Numbered from the stretch's first letter, positions 21,031-31,953 are shown. The stretch: DNA of 32,000 nucleotides from Fastidiosibacter lacustris (GCF_003428155.1 NZ_QLIR01000013.1:1-32000), one strand, 5' to 3'. Translations and numbers: made by a program. The notes: generated from the sequence alone by a model not told the origin.

Positions 21031-21766
21031 GTCTATTTATTAATTTTTTTAGATGGAGGCGTGGCATATAGTAAAACATCGCAAAAAAAAGTCGAGTATG
21101 CAACCATGAGATCCGAACGTTATCTTTCCATAGACGAAAGTGAGATTGCCCAGATTTAGGGTAGTTAATTTGCGTTGGAATATATTTCACATCAATCGCT
21201 TGCCAATAAGCTTTTACCATGATTTCAATATCAAACTCCATTCGCCTACCAGATACTTTTGGTAATACGCTTTGTAAAGGATTTAAGGGGTAGATGCGAA
21301 AGCCACACATTGATTCAACAAGTCTTGTGCTCCACGTTTCAATCGCCACCCAAAAGTTAGTGATTTTGCGACCGTGTAAGCGAGCTTTAGGCACACTTTT
21401 ATCATAAATTGACTTGCCAGAAATAAGGCTATTGGGGTGATATTGAAATAGTGTCAGAAACTTTGATAAGTCGTTTAAATCATGTTGGTGATCGGCATCG
21501 ACTTGAATTGCATGTGTATAGTGATGATGATACAAATACTGAAAGCCATTCATAATCGCTGCACCTTTGCCAGAGTTAAGTGCCAACGAAATAGACTTGA
21601 CCCATGAGTATTGCTGGCATATATGGTTAATTACGGCTTTGGTTTTTTGATCACTACCATCATCAACAATTAAGCAATTGATACCATAAACTGCAAGCTC
21701 AGAAACAACACTCACAAGTGTCTCACCATGATTATAAATTGGAATAAGAAAACAAGGTTTGGTCAT
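21020..21766 (-). CDS. GT2-family glycosyltransferase, DPM1-like
   Basis: 248-aa ORF: FLIPIYNHGETLVSVVSELAVYGINCLIVDDGSD, SLALNSGKGAAIMNGFQYL, HAIQVDADHQHDLNDL. Confidence 0.88.
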   Translation of the reverse strand: MTKPCFLIPIYNHGETLVSVVSELAVYGINCLIVDDGSDQKTKAVINHICQQYSWVKSISLALNSGKGAAIMNGFQYLYHHHYTHAIQVDADHQHDLNDLSKFLTLFQYHPNSLISGKSIYDKSVPKARLHGRKITNFWVAIETWSTRLVESMCGFRIYPLNPLQSVLPKVSGRRMEFDIEIMVKAYWQAIDVKYIPTQINYPKSGQSHFRLWKDNVRISWLHTRLFFAMFYYMPRLHLKKLINRHDK

Positions 21767-22110
21767 AACTGGATTTTTCCACTTGAATAGCGATTTTGAT
21801 CATCATCAGTATATTCAAATTGCAGCTGATGTTCAGATAATTCTATCTGCAAATTGAGCACCTTATTAGGTAAAATCACTTGGCTGAATTTAAGCTGCGG
21901 GATATGACGTACTTGCTTCTTGTCAAGCATTAAAAAACAAGAGCTAAACTCAATAACAAAATCTGTTTGGGCAATCCCTGGCAAAATAGGATTATCGGTA
22001 AAATGACCTTTAAAAAAAATCAATTTTTCATCAAACAGCAGCTTAAGCTTCACAACTGAAGACTTTTGTCGTTTTTCAATTGAATGTTCAAGAATTTCAG
22101 GATAGCGCAT
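21763..22110 (-). CDS. Small hotdog-fold beta-hydroxyacyl-ACP dehydratase-like protein (ApeI/FabA-FabZ-like)
   Basis: 115-aa ORF with KLIFFKGHFTDNPILPGIAQTDFVIEFSS, the FabZ/ApeI-type GHFxxxPxLPG motif. ATGA-type overlap with the next gene. Confidence 0.8.
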   Translation of the reverse strand: MRYPEILEHSIEKRQKSSVVKLKLLFDEKLIFFKGHFTDNPILPGIAQTDFVIEFSSCFLMLDKKQVRHIPQLKFSQVILPNKVLNLQIELSEHQLQFEYTDDDQNRYSSGKIQL

Positions 22111-22118
22111 GAATTTCC

Positions 22119-22739
22119 TTAATATGTACTTTTAACAGCATCACAAAACGCTTTAATTTTGGCATGAGACTTAATGCCTTTTTGCGACTCAACACCGCCG
22201 CTGACATCAACCGCATAGGGTTGAATTTCAGCAATCGCATGAGTTACATTTTCAACCGTTAATCCACCTGCTAAAATGATACTGTTTCGCATTTCGTTAG
22301 GAATGATTGACCAATCAAATGTTTTACCTAAGCCACCATAGAAATTTCGATCATAAGCATCTAGCAATATGGCACGCGCGTTTTGATAATATTGTTTAGC
22401 TTTGTTGAGCGTTAAGCGGTCCTCAATGCGTAAAGCGCGTATATATGGAAACTGAAAACTGTTACAAAATTCAAGTTGTTCGTCACCATGGAATTGAATC
22501 ATACTAATACCAGCTGCAATTGCAGTTTTAATTTCATCTGGCATAGCATTAACGAAGAGTCCACAAATCGTCACAAAAGGTGGTAGCTTTTGAATAATTT
22601 TATGTGCCTCATTAATAGTAATAAAGCGAGGTGATTTGGTATAAAAAACAAAGCCTAATCCTTCGACTCCACATTCAAGCGCAAAAAGGGCATCTTCAAG
22701 GTTACGGATACCACAAATTTTAATTTTAGTTCTATGCAT
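22119..22739 (-). CDS. trpF: Phosphoribosylanthranilate isomerase
   Basis: 206-aa ORF: KIKICGIRNLEDALFALECGVEGLGFVFYTKSPRFI, FVNAMPDEIKTAIAAGISMIQFHGDE, YAVDVSGGVESQKGIKSHAKI. Confidence 0.93.
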   Translation of the reverse strand: MHRTKIKICGIRNLEDALFALECGVEGLGFVFYTKSPRFITINEAHKIIQKLPPFVTICGLFVNAMPDEIKTAIAAGISMIQFHGDEQLEFCNSFQFPYIRALRIEDRLTLNKAKQYYQNARAILLDAYDRNFYGGLGKTFDWSIIPNEMRNSIILAGGLTVENVTHAIAEIQPYAVDVSGGVESQKGIKSHAKIKAFCDAVKSTY

Positions 22740-22745
22740 GCCTTA

Positions 22746-23129
22746 CTACGCCATAAAGTTAATTAAGGCCGCTGCTACCATAGATGCAGTTGCTACACTC
22801 ACACCCGCTGTGGCAAGTAAGCGATCAACCTTGTCCAGGTGATACTTTTTACGTGTTTGCACTTCTAAAGCGTCATCACTTTCGGCAATCTCGCTTAATA
22901 TGGAGATGTATTGTGGAAATAAGGGTGGCTCATTAAATTCACCCGCTTCAAACCCTTCTGCCCAATAGTTATGTTCAATCGTGTTTACTGGAAAAGGGTT
23001 AAGTGTTTCTGACTTGTTTTTTTTGCCATGGACGTAACCAAACATCCAAATTTTTTCAAGCTCATCCAATGTATCTACTTGTGCAGATAAAATAAGCTTT
23101 AAGCGTGAGTCAATTTCATTTGTGTGCAT
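22746..23129 (-). CDS. Hypothetical small protein with RMF-like pattern and C-terminal hydrophobic helix
   Basis: 127 aa from ATG 23129 (ORF track starts at 23183). Contains IWMFGYVHGKKNKSETLNPFPVNTIEHNYWAEGFEAG and C-terminal VSVATASMVAAALINFM. Confidence 0.6.
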   Translation of the reverse strand: MHTNEIDSRLKLILSAQVDTLDELEKIWMFGYVHGKKNKSETLNPFPVNTIEHNYWAEGFEAGEFNEPPLFPQYISILSEIAESDDALEVQTRKKYHLDKVDRLLATAGVSVATASMVAAALINFMA

Positions 23130-23466
23130 AAAAACTTCATGTTCTATAACTAAAGTTAGTTGAGTATACCATAGCTTTAGCATCTATCCACTAACTGTGT
23201 TTTATTCGTTAAATAGAACTACTAAAATTTTTTATATATCAATAATTAAATCATTTTACAGGTTTCCTTAAGTTTGTATTTTACGTGCTTTTATCTTCTT
23301 TTTTCTAGGCGAGGCTATCTACGTTTGACAATGCTGGGGATATAGGCTTAAATATGCCACATTAATTTTAGCTACCCGCACTCAACGGGGTTTAAGTCAC
23401 TTTATAAAACTTAAGGTCTATTTAGTTTAGAGTGATATTTTTTATAAATTTTAGAGTGCGATAATC

Positions 23467-24750
23467 ATGGAGAACAACATGTCTGAAACTGCAATCTTAA
23501 CCCTTCCAGATAAAAATTTATTGCTAGAGCTACCTATTTATACCCCTGTTTTAGGACAACAAACTGTTGACGTTTCTTCTTTAGTTAAAGAAGGCTTATT
23601 TACCTACGACCCAGGATTTTTATCCACAGCAGCATGCTGGTCAAAAATCACCTATATCAATGGTGGTAAAGGCGTTTTATTACACCGTGGTTATCCTATT
23701 GAGCAGTGGGTTGAAAAATCTCATTATATGAATTTATGCTATGCACTTTTAAATGATAAACTTGCCTTAACAAATGAAATTACTGAATTTTCAACTCGAA
23801 TTCTAAATGATATGCCTGTATGCACACACATTCAAGAGACCATCAAAGCTTTTCCACAAGATGTGCATCCAATGGCACCACTTATGGCAGCGGTAAGTGT
23901 AATGGCAGGTGAAAACCAAAAAACGATGAATAAAAAAGATCTTACTCAGCAAACTCAAATGGCTGAAAAACTGATTGCTCAAATGCCAACTATCGTTGCA
24001 ATGACTTACCGTCATCGCAACGGGTTGCCGTTTATGGCACCCAAAAAATCGCTTTCTTACGCTGAGAACTTCTTATACATGATGTTTGCAGATAGTGAAA
24101 ATTACCAACCTGATTCAATTGCCGCACGTGCGATGGATACAATTTTTATTCTGCATGCAGATCACGAACAAAATGCGTCCACATCAACCGTGCGCCTTGC
24201 TGGTTCAACTGGCACTGATCCATATGCTGCTATTGTTGCTGGTATTGCCGCCCTTTGGGGACCTGCACATGGTGGTGCAAACGAAGCCGTTGTCAAAATG
24301 CTTGAACAAATCGGTGATGTAAGTAATATTGATAAGTTTATTGAACGCGCTAAAAACAAAGATGATTCTTTTAGATTAATGGGCTTTGGTCATCGTGTAT
24401 ATAAAAATACTGATCCACGTGCCATTGCTATGAAAAAAGCCTGTGAAAGTATTTTAAATCAACTGGGCGATAGCGATAATCCACTATTGGTGATTGCTAA
24501 AAAATTAGAGGAAATCGCACTTAATGATAGGTACTTTATCGATAGGAAGCTTTTCCCTAATGTTGATTTCTACTCTGGTATTATCTTAAAAACACTACAC
24601 ATTCCAACTTATATGTATACGTCTATTTTTGCCTTAGCTCGCGCATCTGGCTGGATAGCTCAATACCTTGAGATGTACAATGATCCAAAAATGAAAATTG
24701 GTCGTCCACGCCAGCTATATATCGGCGAAGCACAAAGAAATCTTCCTTAA
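23467..24750 (+). CDS. gltA: Citrate synthase
   Basis: 427-aa ORF: LLHRGYPIEQWVEKS, FMLHADHEQNASTSTVR-type motif (ILHADHEQNASTSTVRLAGSTGTDPYAAIVAGIAALWGPAHGGANEAV), MGFGHRVYKNTDPRA. Start may be ATG 23479. Confidence 0.96.
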   Translation: MENNMSETAILTLPDKNLLLELPIYTPVLGQQTVDVSSLVKEGLFTYDPGFLSTAACWSKITYINGGKGVLLHRGYPIEQWVEKSHYMNLCYALLNDKLALTNEITEFSTRILNDMPVCTHIQETIKAFPQDVHPMAPLMAAVSVMAGENQKTMNKKDLTQQTQMAEKLIAQMPTIVAMTYRHRNGLPFMAPKKSLSYAENFLYMMFADSENYQPDSIAARAMDTIFILHADHEQNASTSTVRLAGSTGTDPYAAIVAGIAALWGPAHGGANEAVVKMLEQIGDVSNIDKFIERAKNKDDSFRLMGFGHRVYKNTDPRAIAMKKACESILNQLGDSDNPLLVIAKKLEEIALNDRYFIDRKLFPNVDFYSGIILKTLHIPTYMYTSIFALARASGWIAQYLEMYNDPKMKIGRPRQLYIGEAQRNLP

Positions 24751-24864
24751 TTTCAATATAATAACTTGCTACTAAATTAAATAACAATCACCACCCATAT
24801 CAATTATCATAATATATTGCCCATTTAAGGGATAAGGCACTAAAGCATATACTAAAAAAGACTT

Positions 24865-25077
24865 TCACTTGCTTTTAAGGAATTGACGAATCCGTATAAT
24901 TAAGTACCATACGACAATACCGATAATAGCAACTGAAATAAATGGATGGTCCTCTACAATTTGTGGAACAAAGGATAATGTGCTTGGAACACACACCTCT
25001 GTAATCAGTCTTTCAACCGCAAAAACCATATTTGCATAAAACCCTATGACTAGAAAAAGCCAAACCTTAAATTTCAT
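24865..25077 (-). CDS. Small hypothetical exported/membrane protein
   Basis: 70-aa ORF with signal-like N-terminus (MKFKVWLFLVIGFYANMVFA) and second hydrophobic segment (FISVAIIGIVVWYLIIRI). GGG-containing SD-like sequence upstream; no recognised family. Confidence 0.45.
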   Translation of the reverse strand: MKFKVWLFLVIGFYANMVFAVERLITEVCVPSTLSFVPQIVEDHPFISVAIIGIVVWYLIIRIRQFLKSK

Positions 25078-25284
25078 ATTTGCCCTAAATCAAGCTGTTT
25101 TGATGACACAGGCGATTGTATCACAATCTTGTGAGAGATTAACCACAATCACATACACTTTTTCTTAATTATGGATAGATAATAGCTTAAAAATGACCTT
25201 AAAGCATTATTTTTCTGATTCTTTAACAGCCAATACAGAACTGAAATAATATGAATTTATTGTAAGAAGCATTCAACTTAATGA

Positions 25285-27303
25285 TTAAAACAAGTATTTA
25301 TCTTTAATTGACTTAATTTGGTCACGCACTTCACCTGCTTGCTCAAATTCTAAATTACGGGCATGCTCTTTCATCACACGCTCAAGTTTTTTAACAAGAC
25401 TCAAGGCTTCTTTAACTCCTAGCACCTCATCTAATAGGAGATCTTTGACTTTCTTACGCATACTACTTTCAGCTGTTTTCTTGTTTATTTCAGGAGAGAA
25501 CCCCAGCATATCACTAACACCTTTACGAATAGTCGTTGGTATTATATTGTGCTGTTGATTGTATGCTTGCTGCTTATTACGCCGTCGCTGCGTTTCTTCC
25601 ATTGCACGCTGCATTGAGCATGTAATCACATCAGCATAGAGAATGGCTTTGCCAGATACGTTTCTTGCCGTGCGTCCTATGGTTTGAATCAATGAGCGTT
25701 CTGAACGCAAAAATCCTTCTTTATCAGCATCAAAGATGAGTACTGTACTAACTTCAGGCATATCTAAACCTTCACGCAATAAATTAATTCCAACTAAAAC
25801 ATCGAAAACTCCTATTCGTAGATCGCGAATAATTTCAACTCTCTCAACCGTATCTACATCCGCATGTAAATAGCGCACATTTATGCCATGCTCGGCTAAA
25901 TAATCGGTTAGATCCTCTGCCATGCGCTTAGTCAAGGTCGTAATCAGTATACGCTCGCCTTGAACAACTGCCTTATTGATTTCTGATAACGCATCTTCTA
26001 CTTGAATCGCAACAGGTCGTACTTCAACCGTAGGATCCAATAAACCCGTTGGGCGCACCACTTGCTCAACAATATTTTGCTGATGCTTTTGTTCATAATC
26101 CGCAGGTGTTGCTGAGACATATATCGCCTGTCGCACTAAAGCTTCAAATTCATGAAATTTTAACGGTCGATTATCTAAGGCTGATGGTAATCGAAAACCA
26201 TAATTTACCAAATTTTCCTTACGTGAGCGATCACCTTTATACATGCCACCAAATTGTGGAATTGTCACATGTGACTCATCGATTACAATAAAAGCATTTT
26301 CAGGTAAATAATCCAATAGCGTCGGTGGGGGTTCCCCTGACGCACGCCCTGAGAGTAAACGCGAGTAATTTTCAATCCCCGTGCAATAACCCAATTCATT
26401 GATCATTTCTATGTCATAAAGTGTACGTTGTTCAATTCTTTGTGCTTCAATCAAACGATTTTCCTTTTGAAAATAGGCAATACGCTCTCTTAGCTCTTCT
26501 TTTATTTCTTCAACCATACTCTTTTGTCTGTCTTTTGAACTGACATAGTGTGTACCTGGAAAAATCGTTGTTCGATAGACTGAATGAATTTTCTTGCCTG
26601 TTAGCGGATCAATAATCGTTAAGCTCTCAATTTCATCATCAAATAATTCAACACGCACGGCTTCTTTATCTGAATCCGCTGGGAAAATATCGATCACCTC
26701 GCCTCGCACACGATAAGTTCCACGCGTAAAATCCATATCACTACGCTGATACTGCATATCGCTCAAACGCCTTAAAATACTACGTTGATCAATTTCCACC
26801 CCCAATTTTAAATGCAATAACATTTGCATATATTGCTCAGGATCACCTAATCCATATATAGCTGAAACTGTTGCGACAATAATCACATCTTGACGCTCCA
26901 AGATTGACTTAGTTGCCGACAAGCGCATTTGCTCAACATGTTCATTGATTGATGAGTCTTTTTCAATATAGGTATCTGATGTTGCAACATAGGCTTCTGG
27001 CTGATAATAGTCATAATATGACACAAAGTACTCCACAGCATTATGGGGAAAAAACTGTCTCATTTCAGCATAAAGCTGAGCAGCTAATGTTTTATTGTGT
27101 GCCAAAATCAAAGTAGGTCGCTGTACATTTTGAATAACATTCGCAATGGTATAGGTTTTACCTGAACCGGTTACCCCTAACAACGTTTGGTGCCTCAAAC
27201 CATTTTGTAACCCTTTTGTTAATGAGGCAATCGCTTTAGGTTGATCACCAGCAGGTGGATAAGTTGCTACTAATTTAAATACTTTTTTTATATCTTCTTC
27301 CAT
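25285..27303 (-). CDS. uvrB: Excinuclease ABC subunit B
   Basis: 672-aa ORF: [91 protein letters not shown]-terminal UVR motif. Confidence 0.97.
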   Translation of the reverse strand: MEEDIKKVFKLVATYPPAGDQPKAIASLTKGLQNGLRHQTLLGVTGSGKTYTIANVIQNVQRPTLILAHNKTLAAQLYAEMRQFFPHNAVEYFVSYYDYYQPEAYVATSDTYIEKDSSINEHVEQMRLSATKSILERQDVIIVATVSAIYGLGDPEQYMQMLLHLKLGVEIDQRSILRRLSDMQYQRSDMDFTRGTYRVRGEVIDIFPADSDKEAVRVELFDDEIESLTIIDPLTGKKIHSVYRTTIFPGTHYVSSKDRQKSMVEEIKEELRERIAYFQKENRLIEAQRIEQRTLYDIEMINELGYCTGIENYSRLLSGRASGEPPPTLLDYLPENAFIVIDESHVTIPQFGGMYKGDRSRKENLVNYGFRLPSALDNRPLKFHEFEALVRQAIYVSATPADYEQKHQQNIVEQVVRPTGLLDPTVEVRPVAIQVEDALSEINKAVVQGERILITTLTKRMAEDLTDYLAEHGINVRYLHADVDTVERVEIIRDLRIGVFDVLVGINLLREGLDMPEVSTVLIFDADKEGFLRSERSLIQTIGRTARNVSGKAILYADVITCSMQRAMEETQRRRNKQQAYNQQHNIIPTTIRKGVSDMLGFSPEINKKTAESSMRKKVKDLLLDEVLGVKEALSLVKKLERVMKEHARNLEFEQAGEVRDQIKSIKDKYLF

Positions 27304-27559
27304 TCTTTCGTACCATTACAATCTAATTAATCATATTAAACAGATCATAATAAACACATTAGTAAGTATTTTATAGCTTCCTGAGCTTGGATTACCAAGC
27401 TTTTACATTTTTGTCATTTTATTGATTAAAAAATCATCATGGCGATTTGATTACATTATTTCAGTATTTTTTACATTAAAAAAACGTTTTTCTCCATATA
27501 GAAAAATGCAATAAATAACTATGCTAAAAATACCAAAAGGGAAAATAAGGATATTTATC

Positions 27560-27814
27560 ATGAGTCACATAGAAAAATTCATCTACGCTACAGCTGAAGC
27601 ACGTTACGAAAATGCAAGAAAAGACCCAACTGATCAACCACGCTTTACATTAAGTATTGTTACAGAAGAAGTCGAACGTGGCTTAATTGAAGCAACTCTT
27701 GCTTATACTGGCTTTCATCTTACTAATACCGCTGAAGTGTTAGGTATTAGCAGTGCTACGCTCAAAGCCAAAATTAAAAAATATGGTATATTCATGTTAG
27801 ACTTCTCAAGCTAA
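27560..27814 (+). CDS. fis: Fis-family nucleoid-associated DNA-binding protein
   Basis: Fis-like C-terminal HTH (LAYTGFHLTNTAEVLGISSATLKAKIKKYGI). ATG 27560 (MSHIEKF) with upstream AAGGA preferred over 27521. Confidence 0.85.
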   Translation: MSHIEKFIYATAEARYENARKDPTDQPRFTLSIVTEEVERGLIEATLAYTGFHLTNTAEVLGISSATLKAKIKKYGIFMLDFSS

Positions 27815-27898
27815 ATAATATTCGCTGCTTTACAGAGGCTCATTATTATGGATAGTGTTTTATTTTGTCATAAAAATATGTAAGATATTCAATCAAAA

Positions 27899-28519
27899 AT
27901 GGCGAAAATTGATGTATGTTGCAGGAATTGCAACTCAATAAAAACAGTTAAAGCAGGTAAAAACCAATTGAAATCTAGTCCAAGTGGTGCGCAAAGGTAC
28001 CGTTGCCTAGATTGTGGCAAATACTTTCAACTTGAATATAAAGCACTAGGTCGGCTGCCCAAGATAAAAGAAAGAATTATTGATATGTGTAGCAATAGTA
28101 GTGGTATACGAGATACAGCACGTGTTTTAAAAGTTAGCACAAAAACCGTGATTAATACGATAAAAAAAGCCTGTAGATTGTTGAAATGTAACTGGAACTT
28201 ATTAATGAATATAAGCTCAGTTGTTGTGATGCCACTTATGCTTGAGCTTGATGAGTAATGGTCATATTTTGGAAACAAAAAGAACCAACGATAGCTTTGG
28301 TTAGCTATCTGCCATAAGATAAGTCAAATTGTTGCCTATTATTTTGGTAAGCGTACGCATGAAAGCTCTGAATTACTTTTTATGAAAAGCATGGCAACGA
28401 TGCTCAAGCGCTTGGTAGAAGCAAAGCAATATAGTCACAAGTCCAAACGTCCTGGCTTACCAATTTATCTTATTGGCGTTTTTACAGATAAACAAGAAAT
28501 GTCAACGGCTTTAGAGTAA
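27899..28519 (+). pseudogene. IS1-family transposase remnant (InsA- plus partial InsB-like in one frame, two internal stops)
   Basis: CCRNCNSIKTVKAGKN...QRYRCLDCGKYFQLEY...IIDMCSNSSGIRDTARVLKVSTKTVINTIKK is InsA-like. In-frame readthrough continues LELDE*WSYFGNKKNQR*LWLAICHKISQIVAYYFGKRT (InsB-like) with TAA at 28256 and TAG at 28292, ending TAA 28517-28519. Confidence 0.8.
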
Positions 28520-28633
28520 AAAAGTAGATTAAACCTTGACCCTTTTAGAACAAAACAATCTGGCAAAACGAGTTGATCGCTTGCTTTTCCCTGTTATCAT
28601 AGGTTTGATACGTTTTACATACGAGGAAAAATA

Positions 28634-31132
28634 GTGGTGCTTAAGCGTAGTAAAAAAGCTAATACTCCAAAAATAGATAAAAAGGCAACTAAACAAGCTG
28701 CTAACCAGGCAAAGCCTAAAAAAGAAATTAATCAATTATTAGTCGATCGTTTACGTATTGCATGGTTGATACTAATGGGGGCTATTGCCTTGTTTTTACT
28801 ATTATCACTCTTTTCATACAACAGTAGCGATCCAGGCTGGACAATCGTTCAATCACAACTTCATATTTACAACTATGCTGGTATTGTTGGTGCCTACACC
28901 GCCAATGTTATTTTAGCTATTTGTGGTGTATTTGGCTTTCTGATCCCATTTATTCTGGTATATGGTGTATGGCAGCTATTTTTGGAACACAAAAATTTTT
29001 CTGAAAGTAGTACACTTTTGATGCTTGCTCGCTTTGTTGGCATCATTTTACTAATTGGTTCTGGTAGTGGTATCGCCGAAATTACATTATCTGTTTTTAC
29101 CGTTTATATGCCTGAAGGCTCAGGAGGTATTCTAGGTCAAGAAGTTGCAAAATATACGGTTTTATATCTTAGCACCACAGGTGGTGTATTTGCATTAATT
29201 GCTGCATTTGCACTTGGCTTAACTTTATTCTCGGGTGGTTTTTGGCTAAGGTCTATTGCGGCACTTATTCGCTTTTTAGCATTACAGATTAAAAATTTTT
29301 TCACCTCTACACCCGAAGAAAAAGCACAAAAAGCAAAAGAACGTGCTCAAAGAAAAATAGAAAAAGAAGTCTTAAGAGCTCAAAAGCAGGAACAAAAACA
29401 ACTGCAAAAAGAGCAAAAGGAAGCTGACAAACAGCAAAAACTTGATAGCGATGATAATATCAACATTTTAGCATTCAACGACCCTAATCTGATCCAAGAT
29501 GACCCTAAGATAGCGTTACCATACACACTACATGATAATCAATTCACCCTTGTTTCAAATTTGGACGATAATTTTTATGAGGAAGAAGAGCTACCTATTA
29601 CCACCCCATCTATTACTAAACCCTCCAAATCTAAAAAAATAAAACATAAAACTGATAAAATCACAGGTCTCCCTTCTTTAGACCTTTTGGATGATCCCAA
29701 AAACCAAAAGGAGCAGATATCAAAAGAATTTTTACAAAAAATGGCAACCCTTGTTGAAGAAAAACTTGCCGACTTTGGTATTCAAGTCAAGGTTATTGCT
29801 AGCTATCCAGGTCCTGTAATTACGCGCTTTGAAATTGAACTTGCTCCTGGTGTTAAGGTGAGTAAGTTAAGCGGACTTGCTCAGGACTTGGCACGCTCAC
29901 TTTCGGCGGCACGTGTGCGTGTGGTTGAAGTTATTCCAGGCAAACCTTATGTTGGTATTGAATTACCAAACCAAAAACGTGAAATCGTGCGCTTAAAAGA
30001 AGTGTTATCACATAAAAAATTCATCGACTCTAGCTCACCCCTTACGATGGGGCTTGGAGTGGATATTGCTGGGATTCCCGAAACCGTTAACCTTGCTAAA
30101 ATGCCACATTTGCTTGTCGCTGGTACCACTGGATCAGGTAAATCAGTGGGTGTTAATGCGATGATTATTAGCATGTTATATAAATCTGCACCCGATGATC
30201 TGCGCTTTATTATGATCGATCCTAAGATGCTTGAGCTTTCTATTTACGAAGGCATTCCACATTTATTAACTCCTGTGGTAACTGATATGAACGAAGCAGC
30301 TAATGCACTTCGTTGGTGTGTGAAAGAAATGGATCGCCGTTATGAACTTATGGCAGCAGCAGGAGTTAGAAATATCGCAGGATTAAATGAGAAAATTCAA
30401 GAAGCTGAAAAATCAGGCGAATCAATAAAAGATCCACTATGGTTAAAACTTCGCCCAGATCCAAAAGAAGATGCACCAATACTTGAGAAACTACCTTACA
30501 TTGTCGTGATTGCTGATGAGTTTGCCGATATGATGATGGTTGTTGGTAAAAAGGTTGAAGAGCTTATTGCGCGCTTAGCACAAAAAGCACGTGCCGCAGG
30601 AATTCACTTGATCCTTGCAACTCAACGTCCATCCGTCGACGTAGTCACAGGCTTAATCAAAGCAAACATCCCTACGCGAATTGCCTTTCAGGTCTCTTCA
30701 AAAATTGACTCTCGCACGATCTTAGATCAACAAGGTGCTGAGCAATTATTAGGTCATGGTGATATGCTTTATCTTCCACCTGGGTCTGGAGTGCCAACAC
30801 GTGTTCATGGTGCTTTTGTTGATGATGACGAAGTACATCGCGTAGTAGGTGCTTGGAAAGAAATGGGTGAACCTGAATATATTGATGATATAACCGCAAG
30901 TGACGAAGAGGTTGAAGGTGGTGAAGTTGAAGGTGATAGTAATGATCCACTCTACGATGAGGCCGTTAAGATTGTGCTTGAGACACAACGCGCGTCGATC
31001 TCAAACATCCAACGACGCTTACGTATCGGTTATAACCGCTCCGCACGACTGATTGAAGAAATGGAAGTTGCGGGTATTGTGAGTGAAATGCAGTCTAATG
31101 GCATGCGTGAAGTTTTAATCAAAAGGTCATAA
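28634..31132 (+). CDS. ftsK: DNA translocase FtsK
   Basis: 832-aa ORF: N-terminal TM segments, [19 protein letters not shown] Walker [43 protein letters not shown]-terminal gamma domain ([29 protein letters not shown]). GTG start. Confidence 0.96.
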   Translation: MVLKRSKKANTPKIDKKATKQAANQAKPKKEINQLLVDRLRIAWLILMGAIALFLLLSLFSYNSSDPGWTIVQSQLHIYNYAGIVGAYTANVILAICGVFGFLIPFILVYGVWQLFLEHKNFSESSTLLMLARFVGIILLIGSGSGIAEITLSVFTVYMPEGSGGILGQEVAKYTVLYLSTTGGVFALIAAFALGLTLFSGGFWLRSIAALIRFLALQIKNFFTSTPEEKAQKAKERAQRKIEKEVLRAQKQEQKQLQKEQKEADKQQKLDSDDNINILAFNDPNLIQDDPKIALPYTLHDNQFTLVSNLDDNFYEEEELPITTPSITKPSKSKKIKHKTDKITGLPSLDLLDDPKNQKEQISKEFLQKMATLVEEKLADFGIQVKVIASYPGPVITRFEIELAPGVKVSKLSGLAQDLARSLSAARVRVVEVIPGKPYVGIELPNQKREIVRLKEVLSHKKFIDSSSPLTMGLGVDIAGIPETVNLAKMPHLLVAGTTGSGKSVGVNAMIISMLYKSAPDDLRFIMIDPKMLELSIYEGIPHLLTPVVTDMNEAANALRWCVKEMDRRYELMAAAGVRNIAGLNEKIQEAEKSGESIKDPLWLKLRPDPKEDAPILEKLPYIVVIADEFADMMMVVGKKVEELIARLAQKARAAGIHLILATQRPSVDVVTGLIKANIPTRIAFQVSSKIDSRTILDQQGAEQLLGHGDMLYLPPGSGVPTRVHGAFVDDDEVHRVVGAWKEMGEPEYIDDITASDEEVEGGEVEGDSNDPLYDEAVKIVLETQRASISNIQRRLRIGYNRSARLIEEMEVAGIVSEMQSNGMREVLIKRS

Positions 31133-31134
31133 CA

Positions 31135-31797
31135 ATGAGGCAAAAATTTGAAAATATTCTCAAAGACACGCTCTTTATCATATTTAGCATTTTTGCTATT
31201 GATTTATGCTTTGCTAACAATAATACCGTCTCGCAGCCATCTGAGATAAATTATTCTGAACAAAGCCTTTTTGATAAACTTGCCAAGCTTAAAAACATGC
31301 ACGCAAGCTTCAATCAAACTATACTTAACCCACAACAAAAGCTTAAACAACAAAGCCAAGGTGAACTTTGGGTCAGTAAACCTAGCTTCTTTAAATGGCA
31401 GGTGCTAAGCCCACAAAAACAAATGCTATTGTCCAACGGTAAACAACTTTGGAATTACGACGAAGAACTTGAACAAATCACTATTAACGAAGTTCCTAAA
31501 AGCATCTCTCAAGCACCTTATCTTCTACTTTTAACAGGTGATAGCAAAACACTTAATCAGCTTTTTACTATTGAACGACTTAACGATAACACCTATCGCT
31601 TAACGCCAAAAGTCAAAGATCAATCCTTAATAAAATACATCAATATGACTTTTAAAGGCAATATTCCTACACATATGGTTATTGAAACAGAAACTGGGCA
31701 ATCTACCAACATTGAACTCTTAAATATATCAACTCAACTTATTCCTCAAAGTGTCTTTGAGTTCACACCTCCTCAAGGAGTTGATGTATTGGGATAA
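31135..31797 (+). CDS. lolA: Outer-membrane lipoprotein carrier protein
   Basis: 220-aa ORF 2 bp downstream of ftsK (the common ftsK-lolA arrangement). Signal peptide, HASFNQTILNPQQKLKQQSQGELWVSKPSFFKWQVLSPQKQMLLSNGKQLWNYDEELEQI. Confidence 0.93.
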   Translation: MRQKFENILKDTLFIIFSIFAIDLCFANNNTVSQPSEINYSEQSLFDKLAKLKNMHASFNQTILNPQQKLKQQSQGELWVSKPSFFKWQVLSPQKQMLLSNGKQLWNYDEELEQITINEVPKSISQAPYLLLLTGDSKTLNQLFTIERLNDNTYRLTPKVKDQSLIKYINMTFKGNIPTHMVIETETGQSTNIELLNISTQLIPQSVFEFTPPQGVDVLG

Positions 31798-31953
31798 CTT
31801 TATACTTTTATGTAAAATTAAGTGGTAAGTATAAAACCTATGTGTAATATATTCTTCACATAGAACAATCCTCAGAAAAAAGAACAAGGCTAAATGGTAA
31901 AAACGACATAAGCGAAAAACTTATATAAGTCAAGTTTCTTCTAAGGGAAATAA

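Noticed and set aside
30672-30950. 92-aa His-rich ORF within ftsK ([18 protein letters not shown]...)
   Set aside because: Minus-strand ORF lying entirely inside the conserved ftsK motor domain. The composition is an artefact of reading the opposite strand of a coding region.
31838-31863. Inverted repeat CTATGTG...CACATAG downstream of lolA, considered as a terminator
   Set aside because: 7-bp AT-rich stem with 12-nt loop and no following T-tract; too weak to call a terminator.
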